DNA from: Patescibacteria group bacterium
GTDB taxonomy: Bacteria > Patescibacteriota > WWE3 > 2-01-FULL-39-13
Assembly: GCA_048499955.1 (NCBI GenBank)
Contig: JASNYX010000001.1
Span: 66,452 to 130,451 of the forward strand
Direction of reading: 5' to 3'
Length of the DNA: 64,000 nt
Shown here: positions 50,101 through 59,166 of the stretch, one piece after another
Position numbering within the stretch: the first letter of the stretch is position 1
Layout of the letters: each line of letters begins with the position of its first letter
The notes under the pieces: generated by a model
The model's database searches: none
The model's input: only the letters and a program-made list of their open reading frames with translations
Told to the model about the DNA's origin: nothing
Position numbers and translations under genes: made by a program

Positions 50101-51120
50101 CGTGAAGTTATACCTCAGAAAGAAAGTGTGATTGTAAAAAAGGAAGATTTCCCGTTAAAGATCATGCTTCCGGAACAGGATACACAAGGTGTTTTACAGG
50201 AAATATATTTCCCTACCTCAGGATATTTTAATCCTGTAATAAAGAACTGTGATTCTTATAATCAGGTTGCTTTTAATCGAACCTTGGAAGCTGATAACAC
50301 CGGAGATTACTATCGCTACTATGCTAAAGACGCAATCGCCTGTGATGATATCGATACGAGAAGCATCCAAACAGGTTTAAGCTACCTCTTAACTTTCAAA
50401 ACTAAAAATATCTCAGGAAAAGGACTGGATATTTGTCTATCATCAAATAATATTCCGAAATGTCTTATCGAAGAGAGGCTTGACGGTAAAGATGGTGCTT
50501 CATTGGTATTGCCACCATATCCCGATGCCAGAAGAGTAAAAGTAGGTGTCGGAAACCATTCAATAGGTGAAGTCGATACCGAAAATTTATTTTATTCTCT
50601 AAACGTTAGATATATTCCATATAACTGGCTAAAAGGAATTGCACTAGAATCTGTTGAAGAAGAAAAATATAAAGGTAATCCTATAGCGATTAGCTCGTCG
50701 AATAAAATAAACTCTTTTATTTATTCCGTGGAGGTCGCTCCCAATCAAAATATAGTGACCCAGAGTTCCCAGAATGGGTTGTTGGTTTTGAACCAATCGT
50801 TTGATAAGGGGTGGACTATTTACAGGGCTTCTAGTTGTCCTATGGGTATATATACGCCCTTTACCTGTCAACCGGTCGGATATGAGCATGTCTTGGTGAA
50901 GAATTGGGCTAATGGTTGGATGGTACCCACAGAAGAAGGCCGTTACTATATAGTCTTTTGGCCACAATATTTACAATTTGTCGGGTATTTACTGATATTA
51001 CTATATGCGATCGGGTTGTATTTATATTGGGTTTTACCTACCTTTTTTGGAATTAATCAGCTAAAAAAGCCTGTTGGTGAATTAGGGATATTCCAACGTT
51101 TACGAGGATATCTGCGTTGA
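47185..51120 (+). CDS. Large polytopic membrane protein, GT-C/YfhO-AftD-like with extracellular domains
   Basis: About 12 TM N-terminal block (GWD, LRFPYTKF), IPDYYFEA, and C-terminal LVLNQSFDKGW...H..V..WANGW plus TM. Confidence 0.72.
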   Translation: MGSAGKDSHMIMSRLKGIKITKETLITHWPEIALFIIVAFICLVNYKPGYWFSGWDTLHPEFNYSIYWNRITNSVWQEHQGLGAVATQAHASEIPRVMLLWFFDLFLPTHFVRWMYFFAMLMIGPLGIYYLCQHLFHHKDHKKIYSFLGGLFYLLNLGTLQNFYAPLEMFATLYGFIGFLFLYTLKFLDSGEKRFVLIFAVLSFFSAPMAHTPTLWVVYFILLTAFALSITTVQFSRFSFAYFRRCVILLGTAFLMNSFWILPTAYFTLTHAKDVSSAKITRFVSEEGILNNLEYANIENLALLKGYLFNWKVHRGDGQFTPIFIDWEMHFYRLGNFYVQHWGYLFFGIIVIGIIFTAIRTRYYRGLTSLAVVFLLSLFFLLMENSVIGFAYVYLRNNFPIIKEALRFPYTKFSIPLIMTYAVFFAFGAYAISKIFVKAYPKNVNINKYVGVIFSFMLVIYCWPAFNGKLFGDIQQVKIPDYYFEAYDYLNKHENSRIATLPLHSMYGWVYYDWQENDRINADYQGAGFVWFLSKNPILDREFDRWYPTNEDFYNEFHYAVYSGNTELLKYIFNKYDVKFLIYDTSIDVPWNKNALYSEGIEKLFADKSVFRVDQTFGSLNIYKIAGAFTSDGSEPRVSNYSETPEQIRYVSGAYSNINVDSEFWQHKDNSLGGISSSSSFAYYTSDEVSSKVVGSIFKDDNYLADSLSTGEIPLLNSDNDGFFLYLPDLSVEDYIPAEINNSVDSFGKNVSIKYLYPKILKSSGEAIFNPQYETNLPLEPNQSMIINRKAIGSTSRVVFLNRLDNESFVYNSEPSVVYDLSSKVYSAQVQDCSGGIGSFGKDFGRYPGGVILKAVDKNLCLDFDEEIVNQSPVVYKVSFEYTAENGARPLYCLTEGSLDTCLNYKYEDAPKVNSKLNFSKYEDFVIVRDSKSLKFTLILETDDKSKELKSEFINLKIEAYEGLYESRFGLDREVIPQKESVIVKKEDFPLKIMLPEQDTQGVLQEIYFPTSGYFNPVIKNCDSYNQVAFNRTLEADNTGDYYRYYAKDAIACDDIDTRSIQTGLSYLLTFKTKNISGKGLDICLSSNNIPKCLIEERLDGKDGASLVLPPYPDARRVKVGVGNHSIGEVDTENLFYSLNVRYIPYNWLKGIALESVEEEKYKGNPIAISSSNKINSFIYSVEVAPNQNIVTQSSQNGLLVLNQSFDKGWTIYRASSCPMGIYTPFTCQPVGYEHVLVKNWANGWMVPTEEGRYYIVFWPQYLQFVGYLLILLYAIGLYLYWVLPTFFGINQLKKPVGELGIFQRLRGYLR

Positions 51121-51145
51121 CAGAGTATCCTATAGGATGTATAAT
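51117..51145 (+). promoter_or_regulatory. Consensus sigma70 promoter with palindromic spacer
   Basis: TTGACA, 17-nt spacer, TATAAT. The spacer contains the palindrome ATCCTATAGGAT. Confidence 0.85.
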
Positions 51146-51349
51146 GCGCCCATGAATTATTGCCTATAGGGCGTTATTCAGGCTTGATAGCAAGCCAGTT
51201 TAATTACTATAATTAAGCCCAATAGGGTTGATTATAATTAGTTTGAGCATAAGGCATTGAAGTATCTGCGTATTGACTGCTTTTGGAAGCATTTCGATAC
51301 GAACCTGCCTTCAAACCGCTCAATATCCCCTGCCAAAGAAAGTGTATTT

Positions 51350-52033
51350 ATGAACAAAAACATAACTGCTAGCTTAGCCGTTTTTGTTGCCATAGCTACT
51401 ACAATGCTTTTTGCCCAAAATGCGAGAGCAGAGAAGTGCGTAACCCAGTATGGGGGTGGCAAAATTTGTGTAAGCGAAGACGCCAAACTTAAAGTAGAGA
51501 AAAGCGTCTGGAATCCTGAAAAGAAAGATTGGCAGGATCATATTGGCTCCAAGGAGCACAAATTTGATGCCAACAATAAAATTAAGTTCAGGATCAGAGT
51601 TAAGAACACTGGTGATGTCGAGATAAAAGACATTAACCTGGAAGATCATCTTCCTTCTTTTGTGAAATACAAAGATGGAGATGGCGAGGGTAAAAAAGAT
51701 GATACCCGAGTGGAATTTGATAAATTCGATCTTAAACCCGGCGAAAGCAAGGAATTCGAATTTACAGCAAAAGTTGCTGACGATGGAATCCTTCCTAAGG
51801 ATGACAATATTTGTCTGACTAATGTTGCTAAAGCTGAAGGAAAAAGAGCTGATAACGACAAAAAGGAAGATGCTATTGATTACGCAAACTTTTGTATCGA
51901 ACTGCCTAAAGTAAAAGGCAAGGAAGCCCCTAAAGCACTTCCTAAAACCGGTATAGATCTTATACCTGGAGCTTTAGCTATGGGATTGGTCTTTGTTGGT
52001 TTTGGTTTGAGAAAACTCACTAAGAGAGCTTAA
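51350..52033 (+). CDS. DUF11-like repeat surface protein with LPKTG sortase signal
   Basis: Signal peptide ending ARA, IKFRIRVKNTG...DHLP, LTNVA, LPKTG plus TM plus RKLTKRA. Confidence 0.85.
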   Translation: MNKNITASLAVFVAIATTMLFAQNARAEKCVTQYGGGKICVSEDAKLKVEKSVWNPEKKDWQDHIGSKEHKFDANNKIKFRIRVKNTGDVEIKDINLEDHLPSFVKYKDGDGEGKKDDTRVEFDKFDLKPGESKEFEFTAKVADDGILPKDDNICLTNVAKAEGKRADNDKKEDAIDYANFCIELPKVKGKEAPKALPKTGIDLIPGALAMGLVFVGFGLRKLTKRA

Positions 52034-52093
52034 GCCTGCTGGCGGAGATTAAACTCCTTTAGTGACCCGATACAAAGGGTCGTAGCGAACTTG

Positions 52094-52122
52094 AAGAGCC
52101 CCGATGAAAATCGGGGCTTTTT
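52094..52122 (+). terminator. Intrinsic terminator
   Basis: AAGAGCCCCGAT-GAAA-ATCGGGGCTTTTT. Confidence 0.9.
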
Positions 52123-52212
52123 AGTTTTTATTAATCATCCTATCTAATAACGTTAATAGGGCTTTAACCTAATTGAATTTGCGATTTTAATACTAGATGC
52201 TAGGATGTGTTT

Positions 52213-52548
52213 ATGGTTTTGGATTCATCCGACATAACGAAAATAAAAGAGGCTTTATTACCGGAAATTAAAACGCTTATGGATCGAATGCTGGATGTAA
52301 AAATGGATGCAAAGTTTGAAAAATTTGAGCGGAGATTTAACATGAAATTCGAAAAACTTGAACGCAGATTTAACATAAAGTTTAAAGAACAGCAGGAATT
52401 TCAGGATCGAACTTATCGTAATATTATTGAGGAAGTTTATCAACTACACCCAACCAGAGCGGATCTATATGAAGTTAGAACCAGGGTTGAAGATTTAGAA
52501 AGCAGAATTGATGATTTAGAGCGGAAGTCGCGTGTAGGTCATAAATGA
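52213..52548 (+). CDS. Small coiled-coil protein with internal KFE..ERRFN repeat
   Basis: MDAKFEKFERRFNMKFEKLERRFNIKF and a C-terminal RVEDLESRIDDLE heptad. Confidence 0.7.
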   Translation: MVLDSSDITKIKEALLPEIKTLMDRMLDVKMDAKFEKFERRFNMKFEKLERRFNIKFKEQQEFQDRTYRNIIEEVYQLHPTRADLYEVRTRVEDLESRIDDLERKSRVGHK

Positions 52549-52550
52549 TC

Positions 52551-53336
52551 TCAATTTAGAAAGATTTTCACATATCTCCATCTTGAATACTGATCTTGAT
52601 GAAACTCGGTTTCATACAGTGGAAAATTTTTAATTAATGCTTCGATTTTTTCTTTTTGTCCCCATCCGAATTCCATGTATATGAGCCCTGTTTTTGGGGT
52701 TAGATAGTTATGAGCCTCTGTAAGGAACTCTGAAATGATTTCTGTTCCGTTTATTCCCGAAAAGATTGCTTCAGATGGTTCATGCTCGATTTCTTTGCCT
52801 ACTTTTTCCTGATGGCCGACATAGGGGGGATTGGCAAAAATATAATCATATTGTGAAATCGGTATATTCTTAAAGACATCACTTTGAAAAACATGGTATC
52901 TGTTGGTAGCGATTTGGTTTAGTTCCAGATTTAGCTTAGTTTGTTTAACAGCATTATCGTAGTAATCGGAAAAATCCATAGTCAGCTTTGGGTTATTCGC
53001 CATGATTGCGATGCCAATGCAACCTGAACCGCAAAATATATCCAGGCATTTTAATTTATTGGTTTGGGGAATAGTTTGAAGTGCTTTTTCAACCCAATGT
53101 TCTGTTTCGGTTCTTGGGATTAACGGCTTATATCTAAGGTCGATATTTATGTTTAAGAAAGGTTTGTTTCCGATTAGGTAATCAACGGGATAGTAGTTTT
53201 GAAGTTGCTCGATGTCTTTGTTTAATCCGGGAATTTCGTGTCGCTTTTGAGGCTCATTGATAAGTTCTTCAAGTCTGGTTCCTGAAACTTTATATTTTTC
53301 CTTTAATAGAAATCTTAGCTCGTTATCGATGTTCAT
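52551..53336 (-). CDS. prmC: Release factor glutamine methyltransferase (HemK/PrmC)
   Basis: P.DY.IG, LIPRTETE, LDIFCGSGCIG, ANPPY, HEP. Confidence 0.92.
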   Translation of the reverse strand: MNIDNELRFLLKEKYKVSGTRLEELINEPQKRHEIPGLNKDIEQLQNYYPVDYLIGNKPFLNINIDLRYKPLIPRTETEHWVEKALQTIPQTNKLKCLDIFCGSGCIGIAIMANNPKLTMDFSDYYDNAVKQTKLNLELNQIATNRYHVFQSDVFKNIPISQYDYIFANPPYVGHQEKVGKEIEHEPSEAIFSGINGTEIISEFLTEAHNYLTPKTGLIYMEFGWGQKEKIEALIKNFPLYETEFHQDQYSRWRYVKIFLN

Positions 53337-53350
53337 TCTGGTAATATGCT

Positions 53351-53503
53351 CTAGAACTCATCTAAAACCTTTCCAAAGTTCGAAACGGTTTCGGCGGATG
53401 TCGTTATCCTCTCGATACTTTTCCGCGCCTCAAGCTCACTTTGGAAAGCTTTTTAGATCCGCTGTAATCATGAGGATTCTCTAGGTTTTTAGATAGATTC
53501 TAG
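53351..53503. other. Candidate structured non-coding element
   Basis: Nested inverted repeats: CTTTCCAAAGT/ACTTTGGAAAG, ATCTAAAA with two possible partners, CTAGAA/TTCTAG. Confidence 0.45.
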
Positions 53504-53605
53504 TAATTAATTTTAGTATATTATATGGATGCTTCATTCAAATGAATATAAGCAGGTAGTTGATGTGTATTTTTAAAAACATCCTAACCGAATTTCAAAC
53601 CTGTT

Positions 53606-54589
53606 ATGAATTATTTTATTAAAACGACTCTATTTGTATTACTATTTTTGTTTATCGTCACTTTTTTTGTCGCCGCAGGGGCAATGTGGTTTTATGATCG
53701 CCAAATAAATAAGGAATACTCAATATCCGAAAAGGAATTGAAGCTTACAATAAAAACCGGTTCAAGTGTCGGCGAAATCGCTGAATATCTAAAAGAAAAT
53801 AATCTTATCGATTATCCATTAATTTTGAAAGTATATCTTTTTTTGAATCCGACAAAAACAATCCAGGCCGGTTACTACGAAATTCCTGAAGGAAAAGTGA
53901 ATCTGTCCCAGTTGGTTGATACTTTTCAGAATGGGAGCTTTAAACGTAGGCTAACTTTTATCGAAGGTTGGAGAACTGAAGAATATATCGACTATTTGAA
54001 AGAAGAGATAGGCGAAGAATTCGCTGATCGATTTGCCGCCTCAAAAGATGTCAAAGAAGGTTATCTCTTTCCGGATACCTACATTATCGAAATGGATTAT
54101 AAGCCTGAAAATCTGGCGAATTGGATGAGGAAAAATTATGAGACTAAAGCATCTTCAGGTGAGTGGGAAAAACGAGCACTTGAAAGAGGCTTACAAATGG
54201 ATGAGGTTCTTATTCTTGCGTCAATTGTTGAACGAGAAATGCATTTTTCATCTGAACGCCCGAAAATTGCCGGAATATTATTAAAGCGTTGGCAAAATGC
54301 CTGGCCGATTCAAGCAGATGCAACTGTTCAATATGCAAAAGCCGGAAACGGAAATTGGTGGCCACGAGTGACTAGAGATGACTTGCGGTCGATTAATTCT
54401 CCTTATAATACGTATTTGAATAAAGGGTTGCCTCCCGGGCCGATTTGTAACCCAAGCAAGGATTCTATTGAAGCAGTTTTAGATTACGTTGAAACTCCAT
54501 ATTGGTTCTATATCTCAGGGAAAGACGGCAAGACTTACTATGCGGAAACCCTAGAACAGCATAACCAAAATGTTGCTAAATATCTTTAG
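53606..54589 (+). CDS. mltG: Endolytic transglycosylase MltG
   Basis: TM, TFIEGW, EGYLFPDTY, LASIVERE, QADAT, SPYNTY...GLPPGPICNP. Confidence 0.95.
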   Translation: MNYFIKTTLFVLLFLFIVTFFVAAGAMWFYDRQINKEYSISEKELKLTIKTGSSVGEIAEYLKENNLIDYPLILKVYLFLNPTKTIQAGYYEIPEGKVNLSQLVDTFQNGSFKRRLTFIEGWRTEEYIDYLKEEIGEEFADRFAASKDVKEGYLFPDTYIIEMDYKPENLANWMRKNYETKASSGEWEKRALERGLQMDEVLILASIVEREMHFSSERPKIAGILLKRWQNAWPIQADATVQYAKAGNGNWWPRVTRDDLRSINSPYNTYLNKGLPPGPICNPSKDSIEAVLDYVETPYWFYISGKDGKTYYAETLEQHNQNVAKYL

Positions 54590-54751
54590 ACTTATTGGAA
54601 ATCCGTCCGGCAAAATATAATGACCTAATGCCTTATTTTTCTTTGATTCCTCCTGCATGTAAAAAACTGTTTACGTTTTTATCTAGCTAAATTACGTACC
54701 TGTTCACCAATTTTTTCGTGTTATGAAATGCCGGGTAGATATTATTCGTTT

Positions 54752-56254
54752 ATGGTATTTAGCAAGATTAAATCCATAATTATTGATCCACCGTTGTATC
54801 GTCTTGTTGAGGTTGAGGTGCTAATAGACGAACGGGGTTTTCCCGGATTTTATATTATTGGTTTAGCATCAAAAGAAGTTAGTGAGGCAAAAGAACGCGT
54901 CAAGTCGGCAATAAAGAATTGCGGGCTAAAGTTTCCCAATAAGAAGATAGTCGTAAATCTTTCTCCTGCAGATTTACCGAAAAAGGGATCTTCATATGAT
55001 TTACCAATCGCTCTTGGGATATTAAAAGCCTCCGGCCAATTAACATGTGAAACCTCGAACATTTTGGCTATTGGAGAATTGTCTTTAGACTCGCATATAC
55101 GAGCGGTTAAAGAAGTTTTCCTTTCAGGTCGAATGTGTTTGGAACAAGATTTTAGATTATTAATACCTAAAGAGTCTGTTTCGGTCCTGAGATTTTTCAA
55201 AGGATTGCAATTTATAGGTGCGGAAAAATTATCGGAAATGGTTTGGAGTCTAAATAGGAATGATTTTACCCACATGGGTCAGTCTGAGCTTACTCTACAG
55301 CAGGGTTATACAGATCAATATACGCAAATTCAAGGTCAGTTTTTTGCCAAGCGTGGTCTTCAGATTGCTGCTTCAGGAGGGCACCACATTTATCTGATGG
55401 GCCCAACGGGTGTCGGGAAAAGTATTTTGAGCCGTGCCTTGCATGGTTTGCTTCCCAAAATGTCTATCCCTGAGCTATTAGAGGTGAATGCGGTGCATTC
55501 TAGTATTGGCTCGCTAACCATAGAAAGACCTTTTCGAGAGCCTGTTTTACAGAATATAGATACGGGAGTGGCAAGTAATAAACTCTTAAAAGAGATGATA
55601 TTAGCTAACTTAGGCATTTTATTTTTAGATGAATGCCTCGAATGCAAGAAGTCTATTTTAGAGATGTTAAAGATCTATTTGGAGAAGGGGCGAATCAGTA
55701 GAAGCTTGCATGGAAAAGAAACCGAACTGTTGTGTAAGTTTATTCTGGTTTTAGCCAGCAATGCATGCCCATGCGGTAATTTGGGAGAACCTAAAAAAAT
55801 CTGTTATTGCAGTGAAACTCAGATTATGGCCTACAGAGGAAAACTGAGTCAGTCGATGCTAGATCGAATTGATTTACAAGTTATATGCTCACCAAGTTCT
55901 GAAGACCAGAATATAGACGAGAGTAGTAGCGATACCTACGACGAGGTTGTGTTTAAGGTGGAACGAGCATACCAAACCCAACTGAAGCGATATAAAGATG
56001 ATGCACGTCTGAATCTGAATTCTCAGCTTGATTATCAAAATATAAGAAAATATATAACTTTGGATAATCAGGCAGAAGAAATGCTGAGTAAAATAAGAAT
56101 TAATTACAGGTTAAATCAGAGGTCTACTCACAAAATTCTTAAAATAGGGAGGACTATCGCGGATCTGGGAAATTCCGAATTCATTAAAACGCATCATTTA
56201 TCTGAGGCGATAAGGTATAGGTTTAATTGGACTGGATCCAGAGAACCAGAATGA
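54752..56254 (+). CDS. comM: ComM/YifB Mg-chelatase-like AAA+ ATPase
   Basis: EAKERV, VNLSPADLPK.G..YDLPIA, GPTGVGKS, LFLDE, CPCG, LDRID, RTIADL. Confidence 0.88.
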   Translation: MVFSKIKSIIIDPPLYRLVEVEVLIDERGFPGFYIIGLASKEVSEAKERVKSAIKNCGLKFPNKKIVVNLSPADLPKKGSSYDLPIALGILKASGQLTCETSNILAIGELSLDSHIRAVKEVFLSGRMCLEQDFRLLIPKESVSVLRFFKGLQFIGAEKLSEMVWSLNRNDFTHMGQSELTLQQGYTDQYTQIQGQFFAKRGLQIAASGGHHIYLMGPTGVGKSILSRALHGLLPKMSIPELLEVNAVHSSIGSLTIERPFREPVLQNIDTGVASNKLLKEMILANLGILFLDECLECKKSILEMLKIYLEKGRISRSLHGKETELLCKFILVLASNACPCGNLGEPKKICYCSETQIMAYRGKLSQSMLDRIDLQVICSPSSEDQNIDESSSDTYDEVVFKVERAYQTQLKRYKDDARLNLNSQLDYQNIRKYITLDNQAEEMLSKIRINYRLNQRSTHKILKIGRTIADLGNSEFIKTHHLSEAIRYRFNWTGSREPE

Positions 56255-56546
56255 TAGAAAATGCGATTGAGCTCAAGATAAGTGTTTTGAAAATGTCTTT
56301 TTTTAGATATACATCATTCGCCAACTGCAGAATTGATGCGCTCTTATGTGCGTCTTTGTGCTCGATGGGCTGATTACTAATGGCTGTCTTGGGTTTTACC
56401 GGGGAGTCCTGAATTGGGCTTATGTTTGTAGAACTAATTTGTGAACGTTTTGGTTCGTTATCTCTATTTTCTATTTTGATTTGAGCCTTTAATGCTTCAA
56501 GTTGTCGCCTAAGTTCGCGGGTTTTCTTGTTTTTACGATTTGCCAT
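56223..56546 (-). CDS. Hypothetical protein with C-terminal TM
   Basis: Basic N-terminus, YLKKDI.KTLILS plus TM. TATAAT 8 nt upstream. Confidence 0.7.
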   Translation of the reverse strand: MANRKNKKTRELRRQLEALKAQIKIENRDNEPKRSQISSTNISPIQDSPVKPKTAISNQPIEHKDAHKSASILQLANDVYLKKDIFKTLILSSIAFSIILVLWIQSN

Positions 56547-56658
56547 ATATGGGGATTATACATTTTTCAATGAAGGAATCCACTGTAATTACTTCGTCAT
56601 TGCGGAGTTTTTTAACATCCTTTGACTAGCTAGCCTACTAATGTATAAAATGAATACA

Positions 56659-58455
56659 ATGCCTGTTTCAAAAGTCCGCAAAGCAACCTCTTCTCACGAA
56701 GCTGAACATAAAGAGTCTAAGACTAATTCCAAGGTTACCGCTAAAGCTACTCGTCCGGTATCATCTTTGATGTCGCTGAGCGAAGATTTGAATAATGGAA
56801 ATGAAGAGAATCTCATACAAGATGATGTGTCTTTAGAGTCCGATGTGAAGTCGGATAAGAAAAATCCATCAAAGAATGTATTGGATTTTTTGGGTGAAAA
56901 GGAAAAGTCGGAGGTTTCGGGAAATGAGAAGGAAGAGGTTTCTTCAATGGGAGCCGTTGATGATTCTAATTCTAATGAGTTCTTTACTTCGTTTAATAAA
57001 TCCGCAGATCCTGTAGATGTGAAGTCTGTGCCTTTGAGTGTTCCACAAAATACTGTTTCCGACGGTAGGCAGGTTTCGGGTGATGAATCGGTTGAAGAAC
57101 CAATTATTGTCAACAAAGATGCCTCAAGTGCGGATGATAAAAATAATTCATTTACAAATATGCCTAGCTTTATGACTGTTTCTATGAACGAAAGTGCTAC
57201 TTCAAAAGGGAACTCAAATCGAAAGAGATCAGTTGCCCTCATAGTTTTTCTGTTGTTGGCTCTTGGTGGAATATTTTCTTACTTTTATTGGTTTTCAGCA
57301 GGTGGGTCATTTGTTAATCCTTTGAATGATGGTTCAGTTGTTGATAGTGATGGAATTGTTGATAATTCCGGAAATTTCGAAAGCCCTATCAATGGGATGT
57401 ATTTTAGCCCCGCAGATGCGGCAAAATTCAAAGATTTAAAACCGATTGCAGTAATGGTTAATAACTATGAAATTGCACGGCCGAGTTCAGGGTTGAGTAA
57501 GGCCGATATTATATATGAAGCTGTTGCTGAGGCAGGGATTACAAGATTAATGCCGATTTTCCATTCCAGAATTCCTGAAAGTGTCAGCTCGATAAGATCT
57601 GCCAGATATTATTTTGTTGAACTTGCTTCTTCTTACGATCCGCATTATATACATTGGGGAGCTGCTCACATGCCACCGTGTCAGAAAGCCGGAACTTGTC
57701 CGGTAGGTCCGGGAGAAAAAGTCGAAACGCTTCCTGAAACCGATGCATACGATCGAATTGTTAAACTGGGTTTGCCGAATTTAGACGGGGGAAATTACTC
57801 TTGCAACGGAGATAATTGTCCTTTCGGACGTGACCCGCTTAAAGTCGGCAAAGTCCCATCAGAGCACACTGCTTTTAGCCGATTGCCGCTTATTTATAAA
57901 TTGGCAAAAGATGTTCGCCCGCAGGATACTTGGCATCAGTTTCAGCCTCTCGCATCTTGGAAGTTCAAAGATGATGCTCCGGAATCAGAGCGAGGTAATA
58001 TCGGAGAGCTTTCTCCTATTACATATAAATATTGGGATACTCAACCTGCTTTTGATGTGAAATGGGAATACGATAAATCAAAGAATGAATATATTCGATA
58101 TCAAGGAGGCGTTAAACAGGTTGATCAGCTTGATGGAGCAGAGCTTCGTGCTAAGACTATAATCATTAGATACACAGTTCAAAAACCGGCTAACGATAAA
58201 AAGGCACATTTATTATTTGATATTGTTGGCACCGGTAAGGCTTTAGTCTTCCAAGACGGAAAATTCATTGAAGGAACTTGGACCAGAAGCACGCATGATG
58301 CTATGGATGTGTATAAAGATCTAACAGGTGAAGAGCTTATATTTACAAGAGGACAAATGTGGGTACAGCTTCTACCTCCGGAAAATAAAGTAAACTACTC
58401 TGCGGTTACCACAAATTCCACACCTACGGTTTCGCCTGCCCCTGTGTCTCAATAA
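56659..58455 (+). CDS. DUF3048-domain membrane-anchored protein with long disordered N-terminus
   Basis: SPING, PIAVMVNN...ARP.SGLSKADIIYE..AEAGITR, IRSARYY, GQMWVQ. Confidence 0.85.
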   Translation: MPVSKVRKATSSHEAEHKESKTNSKVTAKATRPVSSLMSLSEDLNNGNEENLIQDDVSLESDVKSDKKNPSKNVLDFLGEKEKSEVSGNEKEEVSSMGAVDDSNSNEFFTSFNKSADPVDVKSVPLSVPQNTVSDGRQVSGDESVEEPIIVNKDASSADDKNNSFTNMPSFMTVSMNESATSKGNSNRKRSVALIVFLLLALGGIFSYFYWFSAGGSFVNPLNDGSVVDSDGIVDNSGNFESPINGMYFSPADAAKFKDLKPIAVMVNNYEIARPSSGLSKADIIYEAVAEAGITRLMPIFHSRIPESVSSIRSARYYFVELASSYDPHYIHWGAAHMPPCQKAGTCPVGPGEKVETLPETDAYDRIVKLGLPNLDGGNYSCNGDNCPFGRDPLKVGKVPSEHTAFSRLPLIYKLAKDVRPQDTWHQFQPLASWKFKDDAPESERGNIGELSPITYKYWDTQPAFDVKWEYDKSKNEYIRYQGGVKQVDQLDGAELRAKTIIIRYTVQKPANDKKAHLLFDIVGTGKALVFQDGKFIEGTWTRSTHDAMDVYKDLTGEELIFTRGQMWVQLLPPENKVNYSAVTTNSTPTVSPAPVSQ

Positions 58456-58514
58456 ACACGGTTTTTTCTCAAAAAGGGTAGTCTATTCGTGGAAATCGAG
58501 TATAATATGTGTAT

Positions 58515-59099
58515 ATGTTCTTGGAAGACATCATCACATCAGAAGCTCGGGTTAAAATTCTCATCGAATTATTTTCCGAAACAAATAAGCATCTATATGT
58601 AAGAGAGTTAACTCGAAGAGTTGGTACCGAGATCAACGCAGTAAGACGGGAGCTTAAAAGGCTTACTCAGGCCGGATTAATCAAAAAAGAAAAAAGAGGT
58701 AACCGGCTCTACTATTTAATCAAAAAAGATTATCCTTTTTATTATGAACTGGTTTCCATGGTTGCCAAGGAGGCGGGTATCGGGAAAGCTGTTCTTGAAA
58801 ATCAAAGTAGATTAGGAAAAATCAAATTGGCGCTTCTATCCGCACCTTTCGCTGAGGGTCGGAAGTCTCAACAGAATGAGCTTGATCTATTGCTGGTTGG
58901 CAATATTAACCGTGAGGTTTTAGAGGAAATCATAAAAGATATAAAATCCAGAACAGATAAAGACGTAAACTATACGATTCTTGGTGACGAAGAATTTGAA
59001 TATTTAAAGAATCGAAGAGATGTTTTCCTATTGTCTTTTTTGATTGCTCCTAATATCCTGCTAGTAGGTGAAACTGATAAGTATTTAACAATTTCCTAG
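58515..59099 (+). CDS. Winged-helix (ArsR-like) regulator fused to degenerate nucleotidyltransferase-like domain
   Basis: YVRELTR.....INAVRREL..L...G, and DLLLVG...VNYT. Confidence 0.78.
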   Translation: MFLEDIITSEARVKILIELFSETNKHLYVRELTRRVGTEINAVRRELKRLTQAGLIKKEKRGNRLYYLIKKDYPFYYELVSMVAKEAGIGKAVLENQSRLGKIKLALLSAPFAEGRKSQQNELDLLLVGNINREVLEEIIKDIKSRTDKDVNYTILGDEEFEYLKNRRDVFLLSFLIAPNILLVGETDKYLTIS

Positions 59100-59166
59100 A
59101 GTTTATTATTCAGATGTTTAGGTTGTCAGAAACCTTGTTACTTTCAATTCAAACGGATAAATTAAG

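Noticed and set aside
51257-51349. Longer start for the LPKTG protein
   Set aside because: The signal peptide begins at MNKNIT (51350). The upstream part lies in the structured leader.
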